From Candidatus Marinacidobacterales bacterium (lineage in GTDB: Bacteria; Acidobacteriota; Vicinamibacteria; Marinacidobacterales; DATDRI01): a stretch of DNA of 64,000 bases. This document shows, in pieces, positions 10,464-21,600 of the stretch (its first letter is position 1; the number at the start of each line of letters is the position of its first letter). The notes under the pieces were generated by a model, which saw only the letters and a program-made list of their open reading frames with translations, searched no databases and was not told the origin of the DNA. The translations under genes and the position numbers were made by a program. The stretch spans positions 1,760,001 through 1,824,000 of the forward strand of contig OZ245365.1 of assembly GCA_965226495.1 (NCBI GenBank), in the 5' to 3' direction.

Positions 10464-11246
10464 TTAGCGTCCGGCGTATAGATTGGCCTCGCGCTCGTGC
10501 GGGCGTTCGTCATGATCAGGCCACCCTTCGAGCAAGGCGGGTGCGCCGTTTGCGAAGACGAGAAGGTTGAAGCGGAAACTCTTGTAGTGCCAATCCTTGA
10601 ACGTCGACCCTCTTTCGGCCTGCAGGCTGTGAATCAGTTCATGAGTGAAGACGGTCTCATCATCGATATCGGAAGCATCGATCCAAATAACGCCGGGGAC
10701 ATACAGGCCTCGCACATAGGGATCCGGTTCCGTTTTCTGAAATACCAGACTCCCGCCATACAGCGTGCGACCAACGTCCATGTCGTACCGATCGGAGAAC
10801 AGGTAGTACGCCGAGAAACCGGCGTTCACCACGTCCAATTGGACGCTCGGTTTCTTTCCATGGAACTCGAGGTAAACAAAGGAGTGGGTCAATGCCCAAT
10901 GGGAGTAAAGGCTCTCATCGAAGACCGGTTCGCCCCGGATGGAACGGTGGCCCATGAGAGTAGATTTTTGCGCGATGGTTTTACCGACGAGTGCCAGTTT
11001 CGGATTCCTTCCGGTCACGTAGTACCCGGTGTGTGCGACCATGCCCCACGCACTACCCTCGATAAGCGCTTCCTTGAACGCGTCGCTAGCGGGCGTACGC
11101 GCAATGAGAAGTTTACCTAGAAAACTGGTAGCGATACCGAAGCCGACTTGGCTGGCAACCAAACTAGGATCGGCCCATTGTGCGACAGCATTGTTGGGGA
11201 AAGCACACATGAGCAGGAAAAACCCAACAGCTACCCTTCGGTACAT
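10464..11246 (-). CDS. Hypothetical exported protein with C-terminal HEXXH zincin motif
   Basis: Signal peptide MYRRVAVG...AVA, FTHELIHSLQ, and downstream HEREAN. SD GAGGT before ATG 11246. Confidence 0.65.
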   Translation of the reverse strand: MYRRVAVGFFLLMCAFPNNAVAQWADPSLVASQVGFGIATSFLGKLLIARTPASDAFKEALIEGSAWGMVAHTGYYVTGRNPKLALVGKTIAQKSTLMGHRSIRGEPVFDESLYSHWALTHSFVYLEFHGKKPSVQLDVVNAGFSAYYLFSDRYDMDVGRTLYGGSLVFQKTEPDPYVRGLYVPGVIWIDASDIDDETVFTHELIHSLQAERGSTFKDWHYKSFRFNLLVFANGAPALLEGWPDHDERPHEREANLYAGR

Positions 11247-11268
11247 CGTTACCTCTGACAGAAGTGAT

Positions 11269-11284
11269 CGCAAGAAACTTGCCA
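11269..11284 (-). promoter_or_regulatory. Candidate sigma-54 (-24/-12) promoter
   Basis: TGGCAAGTTTCTTGCG on minus (GG-N10-GC), placed so that transcription would start just before the SD of the 11246 gene. Confidence 0.5.
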
Positions 11285-11422
11285 GGCTCGCCGAGTGCAG
11301 CGACGGTCGGCTCGGTCTAGGAAGAGCAAACAGTAGAGGGGTTTGCTAGGAGATCCGTTTGACGCACGCATGTGCGCCAAATCACAAAGTGAGTATTTTT
11401 GGTGAGACCAGTAGGGAAATAA

Positions 11423-13156
11423 CTACCGATGTTGGTTTCGCAGGTTTCTTGTGGCGGCGACATCGATGTCGCACGAGTTCGGGTTCAGCACAACCCCAAA
11501 AAGCTCTGCAGCTTCGTCCGGACGGTAGTACCCGCGCTCGACGTCTCGCGCCACCAGCTGCGGATCTCGTTCGAAAGGATTCCCGTAGCCACCACCACCC
11601 GGCGTGGAAACGCGTACCTGATCACCAGGGCCGATGAGGATGTCTTGATCTTTCGAGAGGTGAGGTGGAATGTACTCCTCGCCGTTTCGCCGCACGACGA
11701 CCTTGTTGACGCCGCCGTCGCCTCCCCCCAACACGCCTGGCGGCCCGTAGCGACCGTGGTCCATGACGAAAGACGCCCGCGCATCTCCGCGTCGGAGCGT
11801 TACCGCATAGTTGACGCCGAAACCCCCACGAGCCTTGCCGGCACCTCCTGAGCCTTCGTGCAACGAGTATTCATCGAAAAGCACCGGGTAGCGCTGTTCG
11901 ATGACCTCGATGGGTGTGGTCTTGGAGATGCCTATGGTCGAACATCCGTTCGAGAGACCGGAGCCTTGAAAACTGCCGCCATAGCCGCCTCCGGAGATCA
12001 GATACATCACATAGGCACGTTTTTTCTCGGGGTCGTAGCCACCTAAAGCGAAGTTGCCGCTCGTTCCGGCTGGAGCCGCGAAGAGTCGGTCGGGGATAGC
12101 CTTGACCAAAGCCACGAAAACCGCCTCTGCGATGCGCTGGCTCACTTCCGCCGCGCAGCCAGAAACCGGCCGCGGGTACTTGGCATAGAGGAAAGTACCG
12201 TGGGGCTCGATGATCTTGAGCGGTTCGAAAGTGCCCGCGTTGATCGGCACTTCCGGGAAGATATGTTTGATCGCGAGATAGATCGAGGATTTCGTCGTGG
12301 CAATGACGCTGTTCATCGGTCCGAGACAGGGCTTACTCGAGCCGGACATGTCGAACGTGAGCTCGTTGCCTTGCTTCGTAATCTTCATCGCGATTCGAAG
12401 CGGCTCGTCGACGACACCGTCCGAGTCCACGAAGGATTCGCCCTGGTAGACGCCGTCCGGGATGGGAGCGATTTTGGCGCGCATCTGCTGCGCGGCACGC
12501 TTCTTCAATTCAATGATGGACTCCTCGACGATGTCCTTGCCGTAGCGGTCCAGTAAGATCGTGAGCCGTCTTTCGCCAACCGTGAGAGCGGCCGCCTGCG
12601 CCTTGATGTCACCGATGCGCTGATCGGCGATGCGTATATTCGAAAGGATGATGGAGAGGATCTCCTCGTCCATCTTCCCTTGCTTGAAAAGCTTCACCGG
12701 TGGCAGACGCAGACCCTCTTGCTCGACTTCGGTCGCGGTTGCGGAGAAGCCGCCGGGTACCGCACCGCCCGTATCCGGCCAATGGCCAGTGTTGGCGAGC
12801 CAACAAAAAAGTGTTCCTCGATAGAAGAAGGGCTTCGTGAATCGCACGTCCATCAGGTGAGTGCCACCGAGGTAGGGATCGTTCACGATAAACAAATCGC
12901 CGGGTCGAAGATCTTTGGCGCGCTTTATGACTTCCTGTGTTCCGAATTGCATCGTGCCCACGAAAACAGGTAGGCCTAACTCACCTTGTGCGATGAGCTC
13001 GCCGGTCTCCCGGTGGTAGATTCCGTCGGAGCGATCCAGTGCTTCGGAGATCACAGGACTGAAAGCCGCGCGCACGAAGGCTAGATCCATTTCGTTGCAC
13101 ACCTGTTGGAGCCCATTGTGAATGACTGCGAGGGTTACTGGATCCAGCGTGCTCAA
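11423..13156 (-). CDS. hyuB: Hydantoinase B / 5-oxoprolinase subunit B
   Basis: LDPVTLAVI, FSPVISE, NDPYLGGTHLMD, GHWPDTGG, TPGGGGYG. TTG start. Confidence 0.9.
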   Translation of the reverse strand: MSTLDPVTLAVIHNGLQQVCNEMDLAFVRAAFSPVISEALDRSDGIYHRETGELIAQGELGLPVFVGTMQFGTQEVIKRAKDLRPGDLFIVNDPYLGGTHLMDVRFTKPFFYRGTLFCWLANTGHWPDTGGAVPGGFSATATEVEQEGLRLPPVKLFKQGKMDEEILSIILSNIRIADQRIGDIKAQAAALTVGERRLTILLDRYGKDIVEESIIELKKRAAQQMRAKIAPIPDGVYQGESFVDSDGVVDEPLRIAMKITKQGNELTFDMSGSSKPCLGPMNSVIATTKSSIYLAIKHIFPEVPINAGTFEPLKIIEPHGTFLYAKYPRPVSGCAAEVSQRIAEAVFVALVKAIPDRLFAAPAGTSGNFALGGYDPEKKRAYVMYLISGGGYGGSFQGSGLSNGCSTIGISKTTPIEVIEQRYPVLFDEYSLHEGSGGAGKARGGFGVNYAVTLRRGDARASFVMDHGRYGPPGVLGGGDGGVNKVVVRRNGEEYIPPHLSKDQDILIGPGDQVRVSTPGGGGYGNPFERDPQLVARDVERGYYRPDEAAELFGVVLNPNSCDIDVAATRNLRNQHR

Positions 13157-15197
13157 CCCTTGCCCCCCTGGTGATGATCAGATTGCCAAGGTCATCGACG
13201 ACCACATGATTGCGCGGTTCGACGACGATGGTTGTGTCGAGCTGTTCGATGATCGCGGGTCCCTCGAGCCGAGTGCCGGGCAGCAAATGTTGCCGTTCGT
13301 GAATAGAGGTGTCGAGCCAGCCTTCCTCGAACCACACGCTCCGCTGCGACGCGGAAGCGCCGCGCTGGCCATCCATCGAGGCGAGCGCCTTCAAAGGCAC
13401 CGGCCTGCGGGAGCCGACGACGGCGGTGTGTAGATTCACCAACACGGCACGGATCTCGGGGAGCTCGACTTCGAATCGGTTCCAGTAGGCTTTTTCGAAC
13501 GCTTCCTGCAGCCGACGACGGGTGACGTCGATATCCGCGACGGGTACGGTCAGAATATGCGTCTGACCTTGAAACTGCATATCCGCGGAGTGAATGACCG
13601 TGAGTTTCTCGATTTCGATGCCTTCGCGCTCGATGGTCTGTTTTCCTTCTTCGATTTGAGATTTGAGGATCTTGCGCACTTGATCCATGTCCAGCGTCGG
13701 CACCGGACGGTTGAGCGTATTGACGTAGTCGTGACGCACATCGGCGGCGATGCAACCGACCGCATTGGTGATGCCAGGCCGGGCGGGAACGATGACCGTC
13801 GGAACCGCAAGCTCACGAGCGAGGGCGACGGCGTGAAGGGGTCCCGCCCCGCCGAATGCAAAGAGAGCGAAGTCGCGCGGATCGTGACCACGGGCCAAGG
13901 AGACCATGCGCAGGGCACCCGCCATTCGGACGTTGGCGATCTGTAGAATCGCCGCCGCCGCTTCTTTTGCGGTCATTCCGAGGGGCGTGCCGACGTCGCG
14001 GTCGATGATGCCATTTAATTCATTGAGTGATACCGGATTGTCGACGGCGAGCAACGTTTCTGGGTTGAGACGACCTAGAACCAAATTCGCGTCGGTTATC
14101 GTAGGACGGTCCCCGCCGCGCCCGTAGCAAATCGGGCCGGGATCGGCTCCGGCACTTTCCGGACCGACTTGCAACATGCCGGCGTCATTGATGAAGGCGA
14201 CAGAACCCCCTCCGGCGCCGATGCTGTGAACGTCGACCATCGGCACATGAATCGGCATGGCGTACTCGAGCTCGAGCTCAGCACTGACTTGGGGGATACC
14301 GCCTTGGATCAGGCCTACATCACAACTTGTACCGCCCATGTCGTAGGTAATGACGTTCGGATAACCGGAAGTCTTCGTGGTGTAGGCAGCCGCCATGACA
14401 CCGGAGGCCGGCCCGGACATCACGGTGTTGACCGCGGCCTCGGACACGATCTTCGAGGATACCGTTCCACCGTTGCCCTGCATCACTAGAAGGTCGTGGG
14501 CGTAGGAACGTCCTTGCAGCTCCTTTTGAAGGCGGGAGAGGTACCGGTGAAGGACCGGTTGAATCGCGGCGTTGACGGCGGCCGTTGTACCGCGCTCGTA
14601 CTCGCGGTACTCGCTCAGAATCGCATGGCCCATGGTGATATAGGAATTGGGCCAGAGCTCGCTCGCGATTTCTGCGACTTGGCGCTCGTGCTCCGGGTTG
14701 ATGTAGGCGTGCAGGAAATGGATGACCAAAGATTCGCAGCCCAAGTCCAGGAGTTTCTTGACGGCCGCCGCCGCCCCTTCCTTATCGAGGGGCATCACCA
14801 CGTTTCCGTCCGCGTCCATGCGCTCGTGCACCTCGAGCCGCAGCTCGCGCGGGATCAACGGTTCGAAGTGGCCGACCATGCCGTACGGATTGGGACGAGT
14901 ACGGCGGCCCAGCTCGAGGACATCTCGGAAGCCTTTCGTCGTGATCAAGCCGCACCGAGACACTTTGCGCTCGAGCAATGCGTTCGTGGTAGTCGTCGTC
15001 CCGTGGACGATGGATATGACTTCGCTCAGATCGGCGCCGGCCGCCTCGAGCGCCGCCAACACACCGATAGCCTGGTTTTGGACGGTGGTGGGAACCTTGG
15101 CGATGCGGACGCCCTCACCGCCCTCATCCATCCAAACGAGATCGGTGAACGTACCGCCGACGTCGACCCCGACAATCTTGTTGGTCCTGCTAGTCAA
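13153..15197 (-). CDS. hyuA: Hydantoinase A / 5-oxoprolinase subunit A (3' end ambiguous because of G6 run at 13163-13168)
   Basis: GVDVGGTFTD, HGTTTTTNALLE, SGPASG, DMGGTSCD, GAGGGS, FGGAGPLH. As sequenced it reads on to 12981; one extra G would stop it at 13153 with a TTGA overlap. Confidence 0.88.
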
Positions 15198-15937
15198 GAG
15201 CTAGCTCGGCGTCCCTCGCGACCCATGGGCGCATCCGGCGCCACCCACTCCCGCTGCAGACGGTCGGGGAGAAGTCCCATGCGAGGTTGTCTCTCGGGAA
15301 TAAGTACGTAGAGGGACGTTGCGGCCTTGCCGAGATGTTCGAAGCCGTGGAATGCCTGGGACTCTTGCCATGCGGCAGCGTCCTCGGTCGTTTCCCAGTA
15401 GGTAAGCAAGACGTATTGCACAGGCGCGGCCTGGGGCAAGACACCCACCGGTCCGGTGAACACATAGGGCGTGGGGATGGGGGAGCCTCTTAGCGTCTCG
15501 TAGGGTAGTACCCCGAATCGAGAGCCTTCCGCGGCGGCCGCGATGGCAACTTCATGCTCCTCCGGGCTCAGCGGCTCGTCTCGGAGCAGCACCGACTCGC
15601 ACAGGAGCTTGCCCTCGGCGGCCTCGGTCGCTGCCAGCAAGCGTCCTTTGCGAACGTAGTAGGCGTACCAAAACGAGTCCCTGGCTTCGTCTTGCACGTC
15701 GTTGTGCGTTCGGTCCGCCTGCCATTTCTCCATCTCTTCCAGGCTCCGAAACTTGGCGGTGAAAAAGCCCCAGTCGGTGCCAGTAATCGGACCGCCATAG
15801 GTTTCGAGGAAGCCGGGCTGTTGGGCGGCGTAGGGTTTTATCTCCTCATCTCGCTTGTCCGAATCGACCTTCTTTTCGGGGCGACCGAGGAAGCCTCCCT
15901 CGGCGATGTGAACCGTCGATTTTAGTGTTGTTTTCAT
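15194..15937 (-). CDS. Tandem ABM/dimeric alpha-beta barrel (antibiotic-biosynthesis monooxygenase-like) protein
   Basis: AAQQPGFL...FRSLEEMEKW...H..VQ, and a second copy LTYWETTEDAAAWQES. Stop overlaps the hyuA TTG start. Confidence 0.6.
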   Translation of the reverse strand: MKTTLKSTVHIAEGGFLGRPEKKVDSDKRDEEIKPYAAQQPGFLETYGGPITGTDWGFFTAKFRSLEEMEKWQADRTHNDVQDEARDSFWYAYYVRKGRLLAATEAAEGKLLCESVLLRDEPLSPEEHEVAIAAAAEGSRFGVLPYETLRGSPIPTPYVFTGPVGVLPQAAPVQYVLLTYWETTEDAAAWQESQAFHGFEHLGKAATSLYVLIPERQPRMGLLPDRLQREWVAPDAPMGREGRRASS

Positions 15938-16010
15938 CCCGGCGTGAATCTACCTCAATTCGGCGACTCTTTGCCAAACGAGCTCCTAAGATCGCAAGCC
16001 GCTTCCCGCC

Positions 16011-18626
16011 ATGATATACGGTTCGGACATGGGAAACTTGGTGCAATGCAAAACAATCGCATTTCTGGTCTCGGTGACTTTGGCGTTGGCGGCAGCGCCC
16101 GCGTTCTCCCAGGGTGCGGGCGTCGACGAGGAAGGCACGAGGGCGATTCGCAGCTATACGACCCGCCCTGAATTCCTTTCGCCTCTTGTCGATCACCTAC
16201 CCGCTTCGATCGACGGGGTTCCGCCTCCCCGGGAGGTTCTCGGCTACACCATAGGCAAACCTGGCAAGATGACTTACTACACCGATGTCGTTCGGTACGT
16301 GGAAGCGCTGGCTGAAAAATCTTCGCGAGTCGATTCGTTCTTCATCGGGACATCGAGCGAAGGTCGCCGCATCATCGCGCTCGCCGTAAGCTCCGAAGAG
16401 AACATCCGGCAAATCGAGAAATACAAGTCCATGACGTTGGCCCTCGCCGACCCGAGACAAACCTCCGAAGCCCAAGCCGCGGTCATCGTTCGGGAAGGCA
16501 AACCCATTTATGCCGTGATGGGAGCGGTTCAGGGGGCGGAGACGGCGAGCCCCGAAATGATGATGGAGCTCGCGTACCGGTTGGCAGTCAGTAGCGCTCC
16601 GATGATCGAGCGGATTCGCAACGAAGTCATCGTTCTCATTCTGCCGGTCTTCGAGCCCGACGGGCGGGACCGATACACTGATTGGTACTCTCGATACCTC
16701 GTCGATATTACCGACCAGGCACAGTGGAGGCCGGCCTCGCCCTACTGGAGCAAGTATCTCTACCACGACACCAACCGGGACGGGCTCGTTCTTTCTCAGC
16801 CAACGACCCGCGCCCTCCTCGAGCTTTTCGATCGCTTCCACCCCCAGGTGATCGACGACTTCCATGAATCCCTGCCGTTCCTCTACATATTCACCGGCAC
16901 CGGGCCCAACTACCCTAACTACGACCCCATCTACGAAACGGAGTTATCGTGGTTGGCTCACTACGAGCTGGCGCAAATGAATCGCTGGGGAATGCCAGGC
17001 GTTTGGGTGCACGACTTCGCGCAGGCTTGGTACCCGGGATACGTGGCATGGATCGCGGTGAATCGAAATGCGGTGGGGCGCTTTCATCAGTCCTTCGGCA
17101 ATGCAGGCGCCAGCACGATGAGACGGGAGCTCACCGAACCGATTCTGTCTATCTACAATCACACACGAACGTACGCAAACCGTCTTAGCCGGGAGTGGTT
17201 TCGTCCCGTCCCACCCTACCAGGAAGTCGATTGGTCCCATCGGAACAACATCAATTACCAGCAGACGGCGGTGTTGAGCGCGTTGGACCTGGTCTCCCGT
17301 CATCCGGATACGTTTCTCGAAAACTTTTGGAAAAAGGGCTTCAACTCCCTTCGTCGAGGAAGGACCGAGCCCCCTCACGCATGGGTCGTCCCCTCGGGGC
17401 AGGGGAAAGTTGGGCACCGAGACGCGGACGCGAGAGCTCGGTCGCTGATCAACCTCGTTCGTCGCCACGGGATAGAAGTTCACCGACTGACTTCCGATAT
17501 GACACTGGCGTCGGTAGTGGATACGAGCGATGTCGATGGTGCTACGGGAGGCGGCGAGGGTGGGGCACGTGTGCCTCGAGGCTCCTACGTCGTCCGTATG
17601 GATCAACCCTATCGTAACTTCATCCAGACCCTTTTCGAGATTCAGGAATATCCGGAGAACGCTCCCCCTTCCTATGACGACACGGCCTGGACACTCGGCC
17701 TCATGTTCGGCGTCCGCACGATAGAAGTGCGGGACAAAGCCGTCTTGAACGCTGCGATGGAACCGGTGGTGACCGACGTACCGAATAGCTACACGGAGAC
17801 GAAAGCCTTGGAGCGTCGCTTCGAGGAAGCTGGTTCGCCGCGCATCGGACTCGTCTACACGTGGAGATATACACAGGACACCGGCTGGCTGAGGTTCACG
17901 CTGGACACGCTGGGTATTCCCTATGAGCTCGTCAACGAAGACAGGCTGCGAAGGGGTTCTCTGGCCGATGATTTCGATGTGCTCGTTTTCGGCCCCGCGA
18001 GCCCTGCCGGGAGAGGCGACGGCCAAGCCATCGTACAAGGCTTAGACCGAAAGTATGGGCCGCTCGCCTATACCAAGACCGTACGTTTTCGCTTTATGGG
18101 CGACTACGATTCCTCCGAAGACATTACGGGAGGGATGGGTCTCGAGGGAGTAGAAAACCTCGGGTCGTTCGTCGAGGCGGGCGGCACGCTCGTTACCATC
18201 GGGTCCGCGTCCCGAGTACCGGTGGATTACGGCCTGGTACCGGAAGTGAAAATCCTCGATCCTTCGGAGCTCCTCGTTCCCGGATCGATTCTCAAGGCGG
18301 AGGTAGTCGACGACGGTCGGCCGACGACGAGTGGCTACTCTCGAGATCTGGCGGTTTTTTTCGCCAAGGCCCCGGTGTTCTCGGTGAGGGAAGGTGGGCG
18401 CGCCTCCGTGCTGCTGCGCTTTTCCGAGAGCGAAATGCTGCTATCCGGGCTTGCCGATAACGCGGCGCCGCTTCAAGGTGCGCCGGCGATCATCGAAGCG
18501 CGGATCGGGCGAGGGCACCTCGTGATGTTCGCGTTCAATCCCGTTCACCGCTGGCTGAGTGTCGGCACCTTCGACCTTCTCTTCAATACGATGCTCGCAC
18601 CGCGTGAGGCGCATCACTCGCGATGA
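16011..18626 (+). CDS. M14 family zinc carboxypeptidase-like secreted protein with C-terminal GATase-like domain
   Basis: Signal peptide, IGTSSEGR, EPDGRD, HDTNRD, DFHES. The first Zn ligand reads QGAE instead of HxxE. Start uncertain. Confidence 0.82.
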   Translation: MIYGSDMGNLVQCKTIAFLVSVTLALAAAPAFSQGAGVDEEGTRAIRSYTTRPEFLSPLVDHLPASIDGVPPPREVLGYTIGKPGKMTYYTDVVRYVEALAEKSSRVDSFFIGTSSEGRRIIALAVSSEENIRQIEKYKSMTLALADPRQTSEAQAAVIVREGKPIYAVMGAVQGAETASPEMMMELAYRLAVSSAPMIERIRNEVIVLILPVFEPDGRDRYTDWYSRYLVDITDQAQWRPASPYWSKYLYHDTNRDGLVLSQPTTRALLELFDRFHPQVIDDFHESLPFLYIFTGTGPNYPNYDPIYETELSWLAHYELAQMNRWGMPGVWVHDFAQAWYPGYVAWIAVNRNAVGRFHQSFGNAGASTMRRELTEPILSIYNHTRTYANRLSREWFRPVPPYQEVDWSHRNNINYQQTAVLSALDLVSRHPDTFLENFWKKGFNSLRRGRTEPPHAWVVPSGQGKVGHRDADARARSLINLVRRHGIEVHRLTSDMTLASVVDTSDVDGATGGGEGGARVPRGSYVVRMDQPYRNFIQTLFEIQEYPENAPPSYDDTAWTLGLMFGVRTIEVRDKAVLNAAMEPVVTDVPNSYTETKALERRFEEAGSPRIGLVYTWRYTQDTGWLRFTLDTLGIPYELVNEDRLRRGSLADDFDVLVFGPASPAGRGDGQAIVQGLDRKYGPLAYTKTVRFRFMGDYDSSEDITGGMGLEGVENLGSFVEAGGTLVTIGSASRVPVDYGLVPEVKILDPSELLVPGSILKAEVVDDGRPTTSGYSRDLAVFFAKAPVFSVREGGRASVLLRFSESEMLLSGLADNAAPLQGAPAIIEARIGRGHLVMFAFNPVHRWLSVGTFDLLFNTMLAPREAHHSR

Positions 18627-18636
18627 GCGGAAAGTG

Positions 18637-21600
18637 TCATTGCTTGTCCCAGTGGGTGACGGGGAGGACGTCGTCCTTTAGGGTGTCGGGATTCACCCAG
18701 TAGTAGTCGCCGAAGGGTCGGTCCTCCGGCCAAATCTCATCTAGAGTTTCGGCTTCATAAAGGATGCCGCCCTTCATGACGTACTCGATGTCCAACGTGT
18801 TGCGGATGTTAACAAGGGGATTGGAGTTGAGGACGAGGACATCCGCCAATTTGCCTGGCACGATGGAACCGATGTCCTGGTCTACACCGATGAAGTAGGC
18901 ACCCTGAAGGCTTGCGACCTCGAGGGCTCCCATTGCTCCGAGCGCAGATTCCGCCATCCACACCTCCCAGTGGGTGGCGAGGCCGTGCTGTTGTCCATGC
19001 GAGCCAACGGCGCCGTGGCCTCCTTCATCGATGACGTCTGCCAACCCCTGGGCCCGCAAGGGGAAATCGTAATCGCTATCCGGACGCAGCATGCGTTGAC
19101 GAAGATGCGGCATGAGCTGCCACCAGGGCGAGAAACGGCGGAGTTTCTCGTCTTTCCAAAGATCGCCTTCTTGAAAGAAGTAGTCCTGGTTGAAGATGTA
19201 GGCCGGACCGGCGACCGAAAAGACGGGGGAGTACACCGCGTCGGCTTGGCCGAGAAATTTCGCCACGTCGCCGTAAATGGGGAAGTGGCTCAGACCGTGC
19301 TCGAACCCCTTGTGACCGTCCATGATCATGCTGAGATTGAACTCGAGGTCGCCACCTTCACCGGTGACGGTTAACCCAACCTTTCGCGCCGCATCCACGA
19401 TCCACTGCCGCTGGTCTCGGCGGGGTTGAAGGTACTGTTTGATCGCAGTCGCGCCGGCTTGCGCCTTTCTTTGCACTTCTTCCATCGCTACTTCGGAGCT
19501 CGTGATGGGGTTAGGGCCGGGGCCGTCTCCGCGCCCCAAACCCTCGCCGGTGCTGAAAGTGCGGGGCCCGATGGCGAGTCCCGCGGCGGTGAGCTCGGCG
19601 GTTGGGAACACTTCTTCGTCGGGGGCGGCTGGATTGCGAGTCGTCGTCACGCCGTAGGCTAGATAGACCGCGGTCTCGAAGTTATGGGCGGGCATGATGC
19701 CCAAGTGCTGGGAGTGATGGTGCGCGTGCGCATCCACGAGACCGGGGATGATCGTCTTTCCCTGCGCGTCGATCACACGGTCGGCTGTCGTCGCATCGCA
19801 ATCGCCCACGCAGACGATGCGCTTTCCCCGCACGATCAGCGTACCCTTGTCGATGACCTTACGTTCATTGAGCGTGATGATCCGTGCGTCCCGGAGCGCG
19901 ATCGTTCCGGTTGGAGCTCGCGGCTGAACTTCCAGGTCGATCGTGATCCTCGTCGTGTGCCGCGAGACCGTGTCGTGAGAGAAGTAACGGCGTCCGTGTC
20001 CAAACTCGACGACGGTGTTGCTTCGCCAGCGTGGAAACAGGCCGCCATCTCGACTGAGGCGAATGACACCCGGCGTTTGTTTGTCAATTACGTTGGCAAC
20101 TACCTTGGCATTCACCTCGGAACGCATTTCCATCGGCGTCAAATAGACGTTCGAACCGTACTGGAACGCTACCCAATTCCCGTCGGGGGAGACGGCAATT
20201 TGTTCCGCATCCCGGAACGTCAGATGCGTGGTCGGCTCGCCGCCGTCCCGGCCTACCGAAAGGAGGTCGGTGAACGTTCCCAAACGTTTCCCTTTTTGTA
20301 GCGGATAGAAAATTCGGCCGCCTGGGCCGTAGGAGGCGCGCACGATGGGTGCGCGGACCGTCCCACCGCCGGGAGGTCGGACGCCTTCGAAAACGGGTCG
20401 GCTGATTCTCGCTATGGAGGTTGCCTCCCCTCCTGGCACCTGCACTCGAACCAACTCATACCAAACGTTGGCCGCCATGGGTCTTCGCCGCGCCGTGGCA
20501 CCCGAGCCGCGAAGCACGACGACCTCAGCTCCGTCGTCGCTCCAAGCCGGATGAAAATACTCGCCCGGATCTTCGGTCAGCTGCTTCGGCCGGCCCCCCG
20601 CCGCCGGCATCACCCAAAGATGTCCTCGCTCTTTTTCGTCCCAGCTCGTGAATGCGATCCACTCGCCATCGGGAGACCATGCGGGCATGAACTCGAAGGC
20701 GGTGAACGAGTCGGACGTGAGTCGCCGCGGCTTCCCGCCGGTGGCGGCAGCGATCCAAAGCCTCCCGACGGATTGAAAAACCACTTGACCCCCATCGGGT
20801 GAACCGGCTGGCCACCGCAAGTATTTTGCCCGGAACCGGTCGTCCGGAATACGAAACGGTGAATAGGCGGTTTCCGAGAGCGTGCGTTCGACGTGCGCCG
20901 TGAACGGAATCGTGCGGACCTCTCCCGTGTCGACGCGGACGGTTCGCAGCTTGCCCCCTTGCGACAAGACAATCGACGTCCCGTCCGGAGCCCATCGGTA
21001 CCGAGGAAGAAGGCTCACCGCATACCAGATGTCCCATCCCGCTTGGTCCACATCAATCGGATCCATGAGCACGCGCTCATGTCCGGTCTCGAGGTCTCGA
21101 AGCCACAGAGCCGAACGAGGTCCGTATTGGTGGCCCTTGTAAGAGATCTTTCCGTCGGGGATGCGGCGGGCGAATGCCAGCCAGCGTCCGTCCGGAGAGA
21201 TTTGGGGGGCGACGGCTCCACCGTTCGACGCCCTGAGGTAACCTGCCCCGGGGTCGCCTTGGCCGGCGGTCACTTGCTCCAGAGCTCCCGATTGCAGAGC
21301 GAGCCGCCGAATCTGGTAGTCGCCCTGGACGACGTCGGCCCGACGCACGTCGCCATTGAAGACATGGAAGTAGAGGTAGGTTCCATCGGCGGAAATCGAT
21401 GGGAAACCCGCTCCTCGCGTGGCTCCGCCGATGACTTCCTCTCCCTCACCCGTCGCCACGTCGTACTTCCACAACTTGGTTGACAGTCGAAAACGACGAC
21501 CGCCGGTCATGTCCTGGCGTCGGACAAAAATATATTTACCGTCCGGAGACCATTCCGGTTCGTCGAGCCGGTGGTCGAGCTCCGCTGTGACGAGGCGTGG

